Assembly (NCBI RefSeq): GCF_003918875.1
Contig: NW_025767035.1
Coordinates: forward strand, 1,488,001 to 1,552,000
DNA from: Haliotis rubra
Lineage: Eukaryota
Length of the DNA: 64,000 nt
Direction: 5' to 3'
The stretch's first letter is position 1; each line of letters opens with the position of its first letter. Below the pieces are notes generated by a model that saw only the letters and a program-made list of their open reading frames with translations, searched no databases and was not told the DNA's origin. This document shows, one piece after another, positions 50,401 through 63,673 of the stretch. The translations under genes and the position numbers were made by a program.

Positions 50401-51824
50401 CCTTCGGCGTGACGAGCCAACGCTTTAACCACTAGGCTACCCCACCGCCCCTCATCATATCCCAGTTGCGTGGATCAATGCGCGGGATATGAATCACTAG
50501 ATTGCTTGGTACAGACCCCAGGATATAGATACAATCTTACAGTGGTCTTTTAAACAAAGGAAGCAGAAAACCACGTTCGCTATGACAATCGTTAGTTATG
50601 GGTAAAGAACAGGACGAATCCTTTGTGGAACAAGTGTAGGTGTCTTGCACGTAATGTTGACGTAATGTGTCCGTAGTTCCGTGGCCTCGTTATCAGTCAG
50701 TGTGTATGGTTTTACGCCGCTTTTAGCAATATTCTAGCAATATCACGGTGGGGGACACCAGAAATGGGCTTCTTACATTGTACCTCACGTTTTTTTCATG
50801 TTGAGTGATCGAACTGACGAGCAAAGACTTAACCACTAGGCTAACCCACCGCCCTATCGGTTATCAAATATATCAACTGCCCATTTCTTCTGACCCCGGA
50901 ACCATATGCCCCCACCACTCCTTTGTTCTGAGACATTGAACCATTGAAATGTAAAGACATTATAGGAATTATTTCAATAGATAATGCTTCCCCAAAGTAT
51001 TTAATTGCATTCATCAATTTTTCATATATTTTAAATTCTAAAGTATATTAATCATGTTTGACTTGATCGTGCCGTCATAAATACCAGGACATATTGTAAC
51101 ATACGTACTTCTTCCCTCCTCCTGTGTTTGTGTTGTTGTCGTTGTTGTTATTGTTGTTGTTGTTGTTTCAGATTGCAGTGAAGGATATTATTCTGGTTTC
51201 GGCTATCCCGACGGCTACTACAGCATCCAGCCAACGTCTACATCTACGCCGTTTCCGGTGAGATGTATCATGGGATTTAATGGAAGAACATTTATCCAGT
51301 ACCGTATGGAAACACCAATTGCCACTGTCGACTTCAACCGGAGTTGGGCAGAATATCGTGACGGTTTCGGGTTGACCGACAAAGATCACTGGCTGGGACT
51401 GGAGAAGTTGTACCACATTTGTAAACCTCGGACCTTTACACTGAAGATTGAAATGAAATTTGGTGATAATTCTTTCAAGCAACAGTACTACTACAACTTT
51501 TACCTTTCAGACGAGGCAGATGGTTATCGTATGTACTTTTCGGAGTCACGTGGCAACAGAATGAGACCAATAGGAGACTGTTTAACTCCGCTAAAAGGTT
51601 CTGCATTCAGCACATACGACAGGGATAACGACAATGATGCCGGAAGTTGTGCCGTCAAATACGGAAGCGGATTTTGGTTTGACGCATGCGCAGAGTGTAA
51701 TCCCAATGGTCGTCTGCTTCGTCCACTGGACGAGAAACGAACAAATGTTTCGTCAGAGGTGTTCTGGACACATGACCTTGGGGACAAGGTACCCTACAGA
51801 ATGCAAATGTGGCTGACGGTCTGA
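41441..51824 (+). CDS. Secreted fibrinogen-related protein, signal + PAN/apple + EGF-like + FReD, 347 aa; exons 41441-41734, 45486-45582, 51172-51824
   Basis: Exon 1: hydrophobic leader and DCGRRCSEDDSCKSF..ICHLN (PAN). Exon 2: CENGGILQPDSTCQCVNGYVGTKCE (EGF). Exon 3: DCSE..DGYYSIQP..VDFNRSWAEYRDGFG..HWLGLEKLY..FSTYDRDND..CA..GFWFDAC..CNPNG (FReD). Phases 0 and 1 match; AATAAA near 52038 and 52055. Confidence 0.92.
41900..42350 (+). mobile_element. Decayed L1/Tx1-type LINE ORF2 C-terminal fragment
   Basis: CCHC zinc knuckle CALCCSVSEDIYHVYLDC followed by NHMIFLAKRHIF and FYRKWN; broken frame. Confidence 0.7.
42423..44425. repeat. Inverted duplication of ~290 bp (120-bp flank + SINE family 1): ~42423-42712 and ~44134-44425
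   Basis: The unique flank ccaactgtatatattaaatgaag...caatcaaatatatttc occurs in reverse complement at ~44310-44405. Confidence 0.9.
43150..43500 (-). mobile_element. Tc1-like transposase C-terminal fragment
   Basis: LQYDNARPHVAR..WPAVSPDLSPMDHAW motif (decayed DD34E region). Confidence 0.85.
49448..49610 (-). mobile_element. SINE family 1, full length
   Basis: Flanked by the direct repeat cattgcaaagta. Confidence 0.92.
50278..50451 (-). mobile_element. SINE family 1 nested in an older family-2 copy (~50175-50520)
   Basis: TSD tcatcatatcc; family-2 sequence continues on both sides. Confidence 0.9.
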
Positions 51825-54800
51825 TTTCAGACGAATACATACGAGATTCTTAATAGCTGTGCCTTACAAACTGCTAACAGCAACACCCGAAAGCTGAATA
51901 GCGAAGGGAATACCATCAAAGAAATATATGTGTCCAGCCTGGGTTGACTTTGGGGGCCTCAAAATCCACTATCCTTTGTCATTCCTATAGGTGACAAGGC
52001 CTGTTAATAGTATCCGCAGCTGATCTCAACGCAGGCAGAATAAATGTAGTATCGAAATAAATCTTTTAATGAGATCGAAAATTGTTCAATGTCTTCTCCC
52101 TCAAAGCCCATCAAATTTACAGCTGCCAGACCAAGGCAATGGCACCTGCCATCCTGAATTCAAAGATGGCGGCATCTTAACTTTCACTTGTCGTGTTCCA
52201 CTTTTTTTTATATAATCAGAGACATCCTCTGCTATAATAATCCCTAATGTTTACACGAAATGACGGCATTGAATGAAGAAGGTTGCATGGATTTATGCAA
52301 CATGGAACTTAGAAACCATTCACCTCCAGTTCTCCTTTAAAACGTTGACATAGGCAGTGCCTCACCATTGTGTGGAACGGTCTCCAGCTCTGCATATTGG
52401 TCCTCTACTGAAGCCCCAGCCTAAAAATACGCGATCTATCAAACATATCTTTTTCCCCAGGAATATCCCCAAAGTTATTTATATGTCGCATGGCCGCCTC
52501 GGGTTTCGGCCTGTCGCATTATAAACAGATCCTAGTTCTCGCTATACCGCTAAACAAGATCCGAGTACATCCAGTTACGGCTCACGTAAGAACAACCGTT
52601 TTCACACTTTGATCAAGCAATGAAATGGCTAAAAAGATTCCGATATTAGCTAATTAGAAAGCAGCTCTCTCAAGCTATACGTCACTAGTTTCAAACTGGC
52701 GACTCCCAGTCCACTTAGGAAAATATTTTGATTTCTACGCCGTTTTAACTTTTTCTGATTGCATGAAAAAACATTCTGACTACCATTTTCTGATCTGGTT
52801 TCCTGAATATCTGATTTGGCGGCTGAAAGATCGGTCTGACCCATGTCGGGGTGTCCTCAGAACTTTAGCGGAAGCGAGACCTAAGATGTGGTTTAATGAA
52901 ATTAGTGTTTATACAAAGTGTATTTTATGTACCTTCTGAAATAGATGGGATATTAATATTTTTTCAATATTCACCACCAATCTCATCGATCTTCTCACAA
53001 AACATTATCTAGTTTCTTACACTGCTTAACTATACCTGGCCTGAAAACTGTTTGATGCAAGTATCAAAAAGGAATTTCCTTTAAATGTGCAAAAATCTAT
53101 GTACTGACTCAGTGGGAAAATCAATGGCATCAATAAATATACGGAGACAATTTTCTAGGCGTGAAGCGCAAAACTATTCCCCTAAAGAAAATAGATGTTA
53201 ATGATTTATACGGCGGCGTCTCTTCAGAAATCTGTATTTGAAGTGTGCAAACATGCTGTAGTTGTTCACATCAGGTAAAACATGACCCGAGCACATATAC
53301 TGATCGAAGAAGGACAGCAGAAAATGAAAACGACTTCAATAGAAGTTGAACTCAATGACGCACCAATAACCTTGTGAACATCTAGTGTCAATAAATTGCA
53401 TACAATCATCTGTGAGGTACTGCGGAAATGTAATACACTGGTGAAAAATGGTCCCCTCCTGACTGTCGTCACACAAATCGGGGTGGTTAAATGGCCAAAC
53501 GGTAAAGCGGTCGCACTGAAGGCGTCTAAAGCTCAAGTTCTACTCCCGAGACATGCACAAGGTGCGAAGCCCGTTTCTGGAATCCCCAACCGTGATATTG
53601 TAAAACTATAAGCTCGGTCACTCACTCATATAATGAATACTCTTCAAACACTCACCTGAATATCCGTTCAATATTTCAGGAATGCATTAGACAGCCCCTT
53701 CGGACTTGTCTTCAAACCCCGTCGAAGCGGACGTAAAGATTTTAAGAATTTTTCTGGTTTAAAGTTTTTAAACGGGAAAATGTCTTATATCTAGGAGTTC
53801 AAGGCGTTGTGCAGAATGTACTGGATATGGATATCATAATCAGACTTCGTGTACGCAACATATTGTATAAAAGCAAACGTTACAAACACTTTGAATAAAC
53901 TGACTCAATATCGCCTACACATTTATTTAAACGACGTTTAGCCTAATGGTTAAAGGTTGGCTCGTCACGCCGAGACCCGTTTTGGGCACAATGAGCTCCT
54001 TTCTGGTGTCCCCGCCGTGATGTTGCTGGAATATTGAAAAGCGGCGTAAAACAGATTCAGAGAAGGGTGGCATTTTGAGGTCCCCTCGGAAAGAAAACGG
54101 ATTGACATTACACGAACAACGTACTCTAGACCAGTTTGTCAGTCTAGAAGTATCTATTTATACCGTCGTCATATTTCTGGCAAATATTTAAGGAACGATA
54201 CAAAGAGTTGTGCGTTAAGCTTGCTGCCTTTTCATCGCATCTCAGATGATCGTAGATGGGTGTTGTGTGATGTTTGTCACTGGATTGTCTGGTCCAAACT
54301 AGACTATCTACACACCTGCGTCATTCACCAGTACTGAGTAATATTACAGAGTACGACCTTAACTGCAACCAAACTTACGGCCCGAATGATAACAACTCAC
54401 AATTTTAGAAATATATATATTATTTAAAGATTCATTATAGATTTATAAAAACAATTGTAGAAAACATGTTGATATACTATATATACATACATGAATGAAA
54501 AGACTTATTGTGCGTTTGTAACGAGGTAGTATCCATTTGAAACCATCAAGAATGTTCGGTAAGTGTATCATGATCGAGTGCTTTCGACATTTTTAGATTT
54601 TCAATATCTACATATAACGTAACAATATATAACACAGATGTGGAGAATGTATCTCATATCAAGCAACGAAGTAGTGCCTGATCATTCCTTGGGCAAATGC
54701 TGAACAAGGAGAATCCGGGTCTACATGACAATGATATCGCCACACTGGTAGAATGTTGGAGGGGCCTTCGGGTTGTTCGTCATGTACTGCGTCTGAAATA

Positions 54801-55182
54801 CAGGTATATAGTTATCACTGTATCTACGTGATGAGTATGTACATATATACACAGTTGGTGACAAGGTGTGGTTAACCGATGCTGGGTTTGGGTTTTTCAC
54901 CCCCCTGGGGGCTATATGTGTTAACATATATACAACGGTAAATACGTGAAATAACACTTGACACAAGGATGATACTTACCTGAAGAATATATCCTTTACC
55001 GGGCCTGAAATGTGTGAAATGAAAGTAATCAGAGGATATTTAGAGGACGGTAACAACACTCCCGTACACAATATAGAGGCTTGTAACCTACAGTTTTTGT
55101 TTCTTCAGAGATCATTCATCTGTATTTAACGAATACAGTACGATATATAATGAGTATATGGTGGTCTCCCGAGCATTTGTAA

Positions 55183-55402
55183 AGTGAGTGAGTGAGTTTA
55201 GTTTTACGCCACACTCAGCAATATTCCAGCTTTATGGCGGCGGTCTGTAAATAATCGAGTTTGGACCAGACAATCCAGTGACTAACAGCATGAGCATTGA
55301 TCTGCGCAATTGGGAACCGATGACATGTGTCAACCCGATCCCGTTAGTCGCCTCTTACGACAAGCATGGGTTACTGAAGATCAATATTCTAACCCCGACC
55401 TT
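55183..55402 (-). mobile_element. SINE-like family 2 copy
   Basis: Reverse complement of 40576-40832 with a small internal deletion. Confidence 0.85.
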
Positions 55403-55860
55403 AATTGGTGGGTCGATTCACTTCCATGCGATATTCCTCCGCTGTTCTTATAGCTTAGACTAGTGAACAGCAATGGGTCAAAAACTTTTTATGATAAAGT
55501 TCTGTATCGTAAAATTCACAATTCGGATAAAAAAAATATGGATTACGGTCGCAAAATATTTTACTTATTCCTGATATAATAGTTTTGAAATCCAAAAAAA
55601 ACCTCTGCTAATCATATATATTGCAAATAAAACTCTGCTAATCATATATATTGCAAATAAAACTATACCTACCCACCATACACTTGGTTATGCACAGACA
55701 TCAAAGACACAGATGGTGCTGTTACAACCTAGTGTGCATTTCACACAGTGCCAGTTACATATGTTTGAGGAATACATAGGATTCCAGTCAAACATCACTA
55801 TCGCTTTGTCATCATAGAAACATTTCTGAATCATATACAGAGTTCAGTACTGACAATATT

Positions 55861-58800
55861 CTACTTGAGACGGTATAATCCCAGACACTGGTGTACTTGC
55901 TGGTCTACAGTGGACCTTGGCCAGGGTTGACTAGGGTGTACATACTTGTCAGTTGGTATGGTGACGTTCACAGAGAAAAGTGAGAGTGAGGGCTGGCCCA
56001 TGTCCGGTATCCTCACTAGCTCCTTTAGGGGCATTGTCTCCAGGCCCCACATGATGGAGAAGTAGCCCTGGAACATCACAACATCATTATTGCAGGAATA
56101 GATACCGGTGGGAGAACCAGTGACGGACACTAACAGAATGGATCAGTGACGACACCAGGTGTTCGCAATTTAGGTAAACATGCTTTCTTCTCACACAATT
56201 TGCACAAAAGATGTGCGTATGTTGGCCATCACTGCCCCCACCAATATGCTATACAGCCATACATTAACATGATATACAACCATATAATCATATACCATAT
56301 ACTTATGCCATACAGCCATCCATTAATATGATATTCAACCACATACCAATATACCCTATACCTATACACCAATATGCTATACAGCCATACATTAACATGA
56401 TATACAACCATATACCAATATATCCTATACCTATACATCAATATGCTATACAGCCATACATTAACATGATATACAACCACATACCAATATACCCTATACC
56501 TATACACCAATATGCTATACAGCCATACATTAACTGACTGACTGAGTTTTAGTTTTACATCACCTATACAGCAATACAGCAATATACCAATACCTATCCA
56601 TCAATACATCAATACACCATACATTAACATTAACACATTGTGCAATATATCCATGTACACCTAATCAATGCCTATCTTAACGGATATACGAACCAATATC
56701 TTTATAACCACTACCTACACTTATACATCAATATGCTATACAGCCATACATTAACATGATATTCAACCACATATCAATGTACCCTATACCTATACATCAA
56801 TATGCCATACATTAACATGATATACAACCATATACCAATATACCCTATACCTATACATCAATATGCTATATAGCCATACATTAACATGATATACAACAAT
56901 ATACCAATTTACCCTATACCTATACATCAATTTACTATACAGCCATACATTAACATGATATACAACCACACATCAATATACCATAAACCTATACATCAAT
57001 ATGCTAGACAGCCATACGTCAGCGTATATCCCAATTTCGTAGGTTGATGCTCAGGCTGTTGTTTACTGGATTGTCTGGTCTAGACTTGATTATTTGCCGA
57101 CTGACGCCATATCGCTTGAATATTGCTGAGTGTGGTGTTAAACAATAAACCAAACCAAAACCATACATCAATATGCTATACAACCATACCATACAACCAT
57201 ACATCTATAAACTACATAACCCCACATCAGTTTACTATACAATACATCAATATACCATACAACCACACATCTCTATACCATACAACCACACATCCGTATA
57301 CTATACAACCACACATCTGTATACTATACAACCACACATCTGTATACCATACAACCACACATCTGTATACCATACAACCACACATCTGTATACCATACAA
57401 CCACACACCTGTATATCATACAACCACACATCTGTAGACCATACAACCACACAACTGTATACTATACAACCACAAATCTGTATACTATACAACCACACAA
57501 CTGTATACCATACAACAATCCACACACACATCTGTATACCATACAACCACACACCTGTATACTATACAACCACACATCTGTATACTATACAACCACACAT
57601 CTGTATACCATACAACCACACATCTGTAGACCATACAACCACACATCTGTATACCATAAAACCACACACATCTGTATACCATACAACCACACACCCACAC
57701 ATCTGTATACCATACAATTATACAACCACACACCTGTATACCATACAACCACACATCTGTATACCATATCTGTATACCATACAACCACACATCTGTATAC
57801 CATACAATCTGTATACACATCTGTATATACCATACAACCACACTGTATACCATACAACCACACATCTGTATACCATACAACCACACACACTGTATATATC
57901 ATACAACCACACATCTAGATCATACAACCACACAACTGTATACTATACAACCACACACATCTGTATACTATACAACCACACAATTGTATACCATACAACC
58001 ACACATCTGTATACTCCATGTATACATACAACCACACACCTGTATACTGTATACCATACAACCACACATCTGTATACTACATACAACCACACATCTAGAC
58101 CATGTATATACTATACAACCACACATCTGTATACAACCACACATCTGTAAACCATACAACACACATACTGTATACCATACAACCACACACACTGTATACT
58201 ATACAACCACACATCTGTATACATACAACCACACATCTGTATACCATACTACCACACATCTGTATACCATACAACCACACATCTGTATACCACAACCACA
58301 CATCTGTATACCATACAACCACATCTGTATATTATACACCTAATACCTGTATACCATACAACCACACACCTGTATACTATACACACCACACATCTGTATA
58401 CTATACAACCATACACTATAATAACCACACATCTGTATACCATACAACCACACACATGTACAACTACATCTGTATACTATACAACCACACATACTGTATA
58501 CTATACATCAACACACACCTGTATACCATACAACCACACACCTGTATACTACATACAATATTATACCACCATACATACCACACACACATCTGTATACCAT
58601 ACAACCACACATCTGTATACCATACAACCACACATCTGTATACTATACAACCACACATCTGTATACTATACAACCACACATCTGTATACCATACAACCAC
58701 ACATCTGTATATTATACAACCACACACCTGTATACCATACAACCACACATCTGTATACCATACAACCACACATCTGTATACTATACAACCACACATCTGT

Positions 58801-61800
58801 ATACCATACAACCACACATCTGTATACCATACAACCACACATCTGTATACCACATACAACCACACACATCTGTATACCATACAACCACACATGTATACTA
58901 CAACTACACATCTGTATACCATACAACCACACATCTGTATACCATACAACCACACATCTGTATACCATACAACCACACATCTGTATACCATACAACCACA
59001 CATCTGTATACCATACAACCACACATCTGTATACCATACAACCACACATCTGTATACCATACAACCACACACCTGTATACCATACAACCACACATCTGTA
59101 TACCATACAACCACACATCTGTATACCATACAACCACACATCTGTATACCATACAACCACACATCTGTATACTGTATACCATACAATCTGTATACATACA
59201 ACCACACACCTGTATACCATACAACCACACACCTGTATACCATACAACCACACATCTGTATACCATACAACCACACATCTGTATACCATACAACCACACA
59301 TCTGTATACCATACAACCACACAACTGTATACCATGAAACCACACATCTGTATACCATACAACCACACATCTGTATACCATACAACCACACATCTGTATA
59401 CCATACAACCACACATCTGTATACCATACAACCACACACCTGTATACCATACAACCACACATCTGTATACCATACAACCACACACCTGTATACCATACAA
59501 CAATACATCAATATACTATACAATAAATGTATAGGGAAGAGTTTCTCCAAAATACATGAATGTGAAGAAGACAAGGCCCACACAGTTTGAGGTGGAAGGG
59601 CACCTGTCATTAATACTTACTGGTGTTGCTTTAACCCAGTGGTCAAGGTGGAAGGGCACCTGTCATTAGTACTTACTGGTGTTGCTTTAACCCAGTGGTC
59701 CAGGTGGAAGGGCACCTGTCATTAGTACTTACTGGTGTTGCTTTAACCCAGTGGTCAAGGTGGAAGGGCACCTGTCATTAATACTAACTGGTGTTGCTTT
59801 AACCCAGTGGTCAAGGTGGAAGGGCACCTGTCATTAGTACTTACTGGTGTTGCTTTAACCAAGTGGTCAAGGTGGAAGGGCACCTGTCATTAATACTTAC
59901 TGGTGTTGCTTTAACCCAGTGGTCAAGGTGGAAGGGCACCTGTCATTAATACTTACTGGTGTTGCTTTAACCCAGTGGTCAGGGTGGAAGGGCACCTGTC
60001 ATTAGTACTTACTGGTGTTGCTTTAACCCAGTGGTCAAGATGGAAGGGCACCTGTCATTAATACTTACTGGTCTTGCTTTAACCCAGTGGTCAAGGTGGA
60101 AGGGCACCTGTCAGTAGTACTTACTGCTGTTGCTTTAACCAAGTGGTCAAGGTGGAAGGGCACCTGTCATTAATACTAACTGGTGTTGCTTTAACCCAGT
60201 GGTCAAGGTGGAAGGGCACCTGTCATTAGTACTTACTGGTGTTGCTTTAACCAAGTGGTCAAGGTGGAAGGGCACCTGTCATTAATACTTACTGGTGTTG
60301 CTTTAACCCAGTGGTCAAGGTGGAAGGGCACCTGTCATTAATACTTACTGGTGTTGCTTTAACCCAGTGGTCAGGGTGGAAGGGCACCTGTCATTAGTAC
60401 TTACTGGTGTTGCTTTAACCCAGTGGTCAAGATGGAAGGGCACCTGTCATTAATACTTACTGGTCTTGCTTTAACCCAGTGGTCAAGGTGGAAGGGCACC
60501 TGTCAGTAGTACTTACTGGTGTTGCTTTAACCCAGTGGTCAAGGTGGAAGGGCACCTGTCATTAATAATTACTGGTGTTGCTTTAACCCAGTGGTCCAGG
60601 TGGAAGGGCACCTGTCATTAATACTTACTGGTGTTGCTTTAACCCAGTGGTCCAGGTGGAAGGGCACCTGTCATTAATACTTACTGGTGTTGCTTTAACC
60701 CAGTGGTCAAGGTGGAAGGGCACCTGTCATTAATACTTACTGGTGTTGCTTTAACCCAGTGGTCAAGGTGGAAGGGCACCTGTCATTAATACTTACTGGT
60801 GTTGCTTTAACCCAGTGGTCAAGGTGAAAGGGCACCTGTCATTAGTACTAACTGGTGTTGCTTTAACCCAGTGGTCAAGGTGGAAGGGCACCTGTCATTA
60901 ATACTTACTGGTGTTGCTTTAACCCAGTGGTCCAGGTGGAAGGGCACCTGTCATTAATACTAACTGGTGTTGCTTTAACCCAGTGGTCAAGGTGGAAGGG
61001 CACCTGTCATTAATACTTACTGGTGTTGCTTTAACCCAGTGGTCAAGGTAGAAGGGCACCTGTCATTAATGCTTACTGGTGTTGCTTTAACCCAGTGGTC
61101 AAGGTGAAAGGGCACCTGTCATTAGTACTTACTGGTGTTGCTTTAACCCAGTGGTCAAGGTGGAAGGGCACCTGTCAGTAGTACTTACTGGTGTTGCTTT
61201 AACCCAGTGGTCAAGGTGGAAGGGCACCTGTCATTAGTACTTACTGGTGTTGCTTTAACCCAGTGGTCAAGGTGGAAGGGCACCTGTCATTAGTACTTAC
61301 TGGTGTTGCTTTAACCCAGTGATCAAGGTGGAAGGGCACCTGTCATTAATACTTACTGGTGTTGCTTTTAACCCAGTGGTCAAGGTGGAAGGGCACCTGT
61401 CATTAATACTTACTGGTGTTGCTTTAACCCAGTGGTCAAGGTGGAAGGGCACCTGTCATTAATACTTACTGGTGTTGCTTTAACCCAGTGGTCAAGGTGA
61501 AAGGGCACCTGTCATTAGTACTTACTGGTGTTGCTTTAACCCAGTGGTCAAGGTGGAAGGGCACCTGTCATTAATACTTACTGGTGTTGCTTTAACCCAG
61601 TGGTCAAGGTGAAAGGGCACCTGTCATTAGTACTTACTGGTGTTGCTTTAACCCAGTGGTCAAGGTTCTTTTGAAAGGTCACTGTGAAGTTTTGGCCTCC
61701 ACTGAAAGTAAGTTGGACCTTATCAGAAAACAAAATATCAGAAAATCCCAACTTGAACACTGGAATAAAAACATTTGTCAGGAATATAATATTTACCTTG

Positions 61801-63673
61801 TTCTGGTATAAAGTAATCAAGATGCTTATTACTGATTCAGAGCAGTTAATGTTTCGTGCCAACAATCTAATTACATGTACGTGAAATGGTCAGTCACTAC
61901 TCCCTCTACCATACTCCCTCTCAGCAGCTGTCCACCTTGGCAGAATGTTTGGTTACAACCCATTCTGCCTACAATCCGAATTTGCCTACATCCCAGTTTG
62001 CCTAAAATGACCGTAGGCAGAATGGGAAATGATTTTTGACCTATAAAATAATGGAACAACCCATTTACAAGTCACTGAAGGGTAATTTGCTGGGTTTGGA
62101 GAATGAGTTATTAATGCAGTTTCACTTAAATTAAATGACATGATGATATTGGCGATAATGAACATTGATGAATGGCAAATTAAAGTTTCGCAGCATTAAC
62201 CTTACTTCCTGATCACTGGACCGTATCATGTTGTTTTAATGTGTTGGCAGGATGGGAAGACACCAATTTCTTCAACATACACGATGGGACAATAAGAAGA
62301 AAGGTTGGTGCCCATCAGATGAAGTTATTTGAAAATATCCCTGTTAGTTCTTGTCTGATTGTAATAAAGTATCTCAGCAGCAGCTGTAAGCTGGACTGAC
62401 TGACTGAGTCGGATTTTCTGATGCGGGGATACCAGAAATGGCTTCATGGTACCCATGATGACTGGTGTTCGGCATCAAATTTTAGATCTGCCCCCTGTGT
62501 TTTTTACCTCGATATTTAATCATGTCATGTAACAATGTGATGTCTATTGACCTAATGATATGCCTTTCATCTTCCTTACCGCCTCTGTGGTGTACTGGTT
62601 AGAGCGTCCGCCCAGAGAGCGGAAGGTTGCGGGTTCCATCCCCGACCGCGTCATACCAAAAGACGTTAAAATATGGTTCTTGTTGGTCCCTGCCTGGTGC
62701 TTGGCATTAATGGGTACAACAAGGACTGGTCGGCTCGGAGTCAGTATAATGTGTCTGAGTGGGGTATTCATGCTTCACTGCGTCATGGTATCTCAGTGGG
62801 CTAGCGCTATAAAACCAACTTAAGTCTGGGCTAGTACAAGCAGCTATACAAACACACGCATGCACATCGTCATGTGCGAAATATTCTCATGCACGACGTT
62901 AAACCCAATTTCACCGCACCTTTCATCTTCTGCTGACAAAGACACCTGTTCTGTGTCATTTAACAGTCTGCTGGTAATTTGCAAGAAATATATATAACAT
63001 TATAACTGGTGATAGTTTCTCAACTGGTCACGTGACTGTTTCAGGTTTTTCACATTGATGTATGCTAAACTTCATTGGTCACCCAGGATAGCACACCTGA
63101 CAACTGTTTGCATGATGTCCACCATTCTTTAAAAAAGTAATATCCTTACTTTATGTGGATATTGATCTTTGAGCATGGTAATACCCTGATATAATTGCTA
63201 TATCTTCAATCGGTTTTAATATTTTTAAAATATTTTGTTTTTATTCATTTGTTGTAGAATTCAACAATTTGGTGAGACAGACAGCATATATACACTAGGT
63301 CACACTAATGGGCATGTGTGTGAAATATGATTTACATAGGCAATCTATAAAATGTCTATAATTTGTAGTCATCTTTTAAATTCACTAAAAACAGACTGTG
63401 TACTTTTTATGAATTTCCAAAATGCATACAAATATTATAATAAATTAATTAAGAACATAAGACAAAAATATATAGACGTACATTGACTTCTTCTTTTTTT
63501 CAGTCCTAACATTTTGTACCACTGGCAAGAACTTCAAAATGTTCTCATATATTATCATCATAATAATGAGTGAAAAAGGTGATATATACAAGATGTCCCT
63601 TACGTGAGAGCCACTGCAGGACCCACTGCCCGTTTCCCGCACGGTCCAGCAACCAACATGCAGTCAACAGCTC
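55861..63673 (-). CDS. 3' part of an unidentified gene; exons 63673-63604, 61759-61638, 56067-55861; continues beyond the window
   Basis: Three GT-AG exons with compatible phases (1,0): ELLTACWLLDRAGNGQWVLQWLSLFKLGFSDILFSDKVQLTFSGGQNFTVTFQKNLDHWVKATPGYFSIMWGLETMPLKELVRIPDMGQPSLSLFSVNVTIPTDKYVHPSQPWPRSTVDQQVHQCLGLYRLK*. Family not recognised. Confidence 0.72.
56240..57017. repeat. 69-bp higher-order satellite (3 x 23-bp diverged subunits)
   Basis: Period 69 (e.g. aatatgctatacagcc at 56371 and 56440); subunits tacagccatacattaacatgata / tacaaccacataccaatataccc / tatacctatacaccaatatgcta. Confidence 0.9.
57165..59520. repeat. 23-bp minisatellite (tacaaccacacatctgtatacca)n, roughly 100 units
   Basis: Directly visible; most regular at 58900-59500 and indel-rich at 57650-58600. 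Confidence 0.97.
59591..61663. repeat. 56-bp tandem repeat, 37 units, containing an exon end and a GTAAGT splice donor (minus strand)
   Basis: Unit ggtggaagggcacctgtcattaatacttactggtgttgctttaacccagtggtcaa; the last unit overlaps exon 61759-61638. Confidence 0.97.
62577..62920 (+). mobile_element. tRNA-derived SINE family 3 (MetaSINE-like core)
   Basis: tRNA-like head (tggtgtactggttagagcg..gggttccatcccc) followed by gtcataccaaaagacgttaaaatatgg..cctgcctggtgcttggcatt, which resembles the Meta domain as I recall it; second copy at 1-185. Confidence 0.75.

Noticed and set aside
56068-56130. Longer terminal exon starting at 56129, as the ORF track suggests
   Set aside because: Its phase is incompatible with the phase-0 donor at 61638; the acceptor at 56067 fits.
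56229-59610. Long His/Tyr/Cys-rich ORFs of up to 411 aa on both strands
   Set aside because: They are translations of the 23-bp and 69-bp satellites, open in several frames and both strands because the unit has few stop codons.
59591-61663. CRISPR-like array
   Set aside because: Units are contiguous with no unique spacers, there are no cas genes and the DNA is eukaryotic.
61881-61936. Candidate small exon GGQLLRGSMVEGVVTDHF
   Set aside because: Weak donor, and its end phase would break the frame between the flanking exons.
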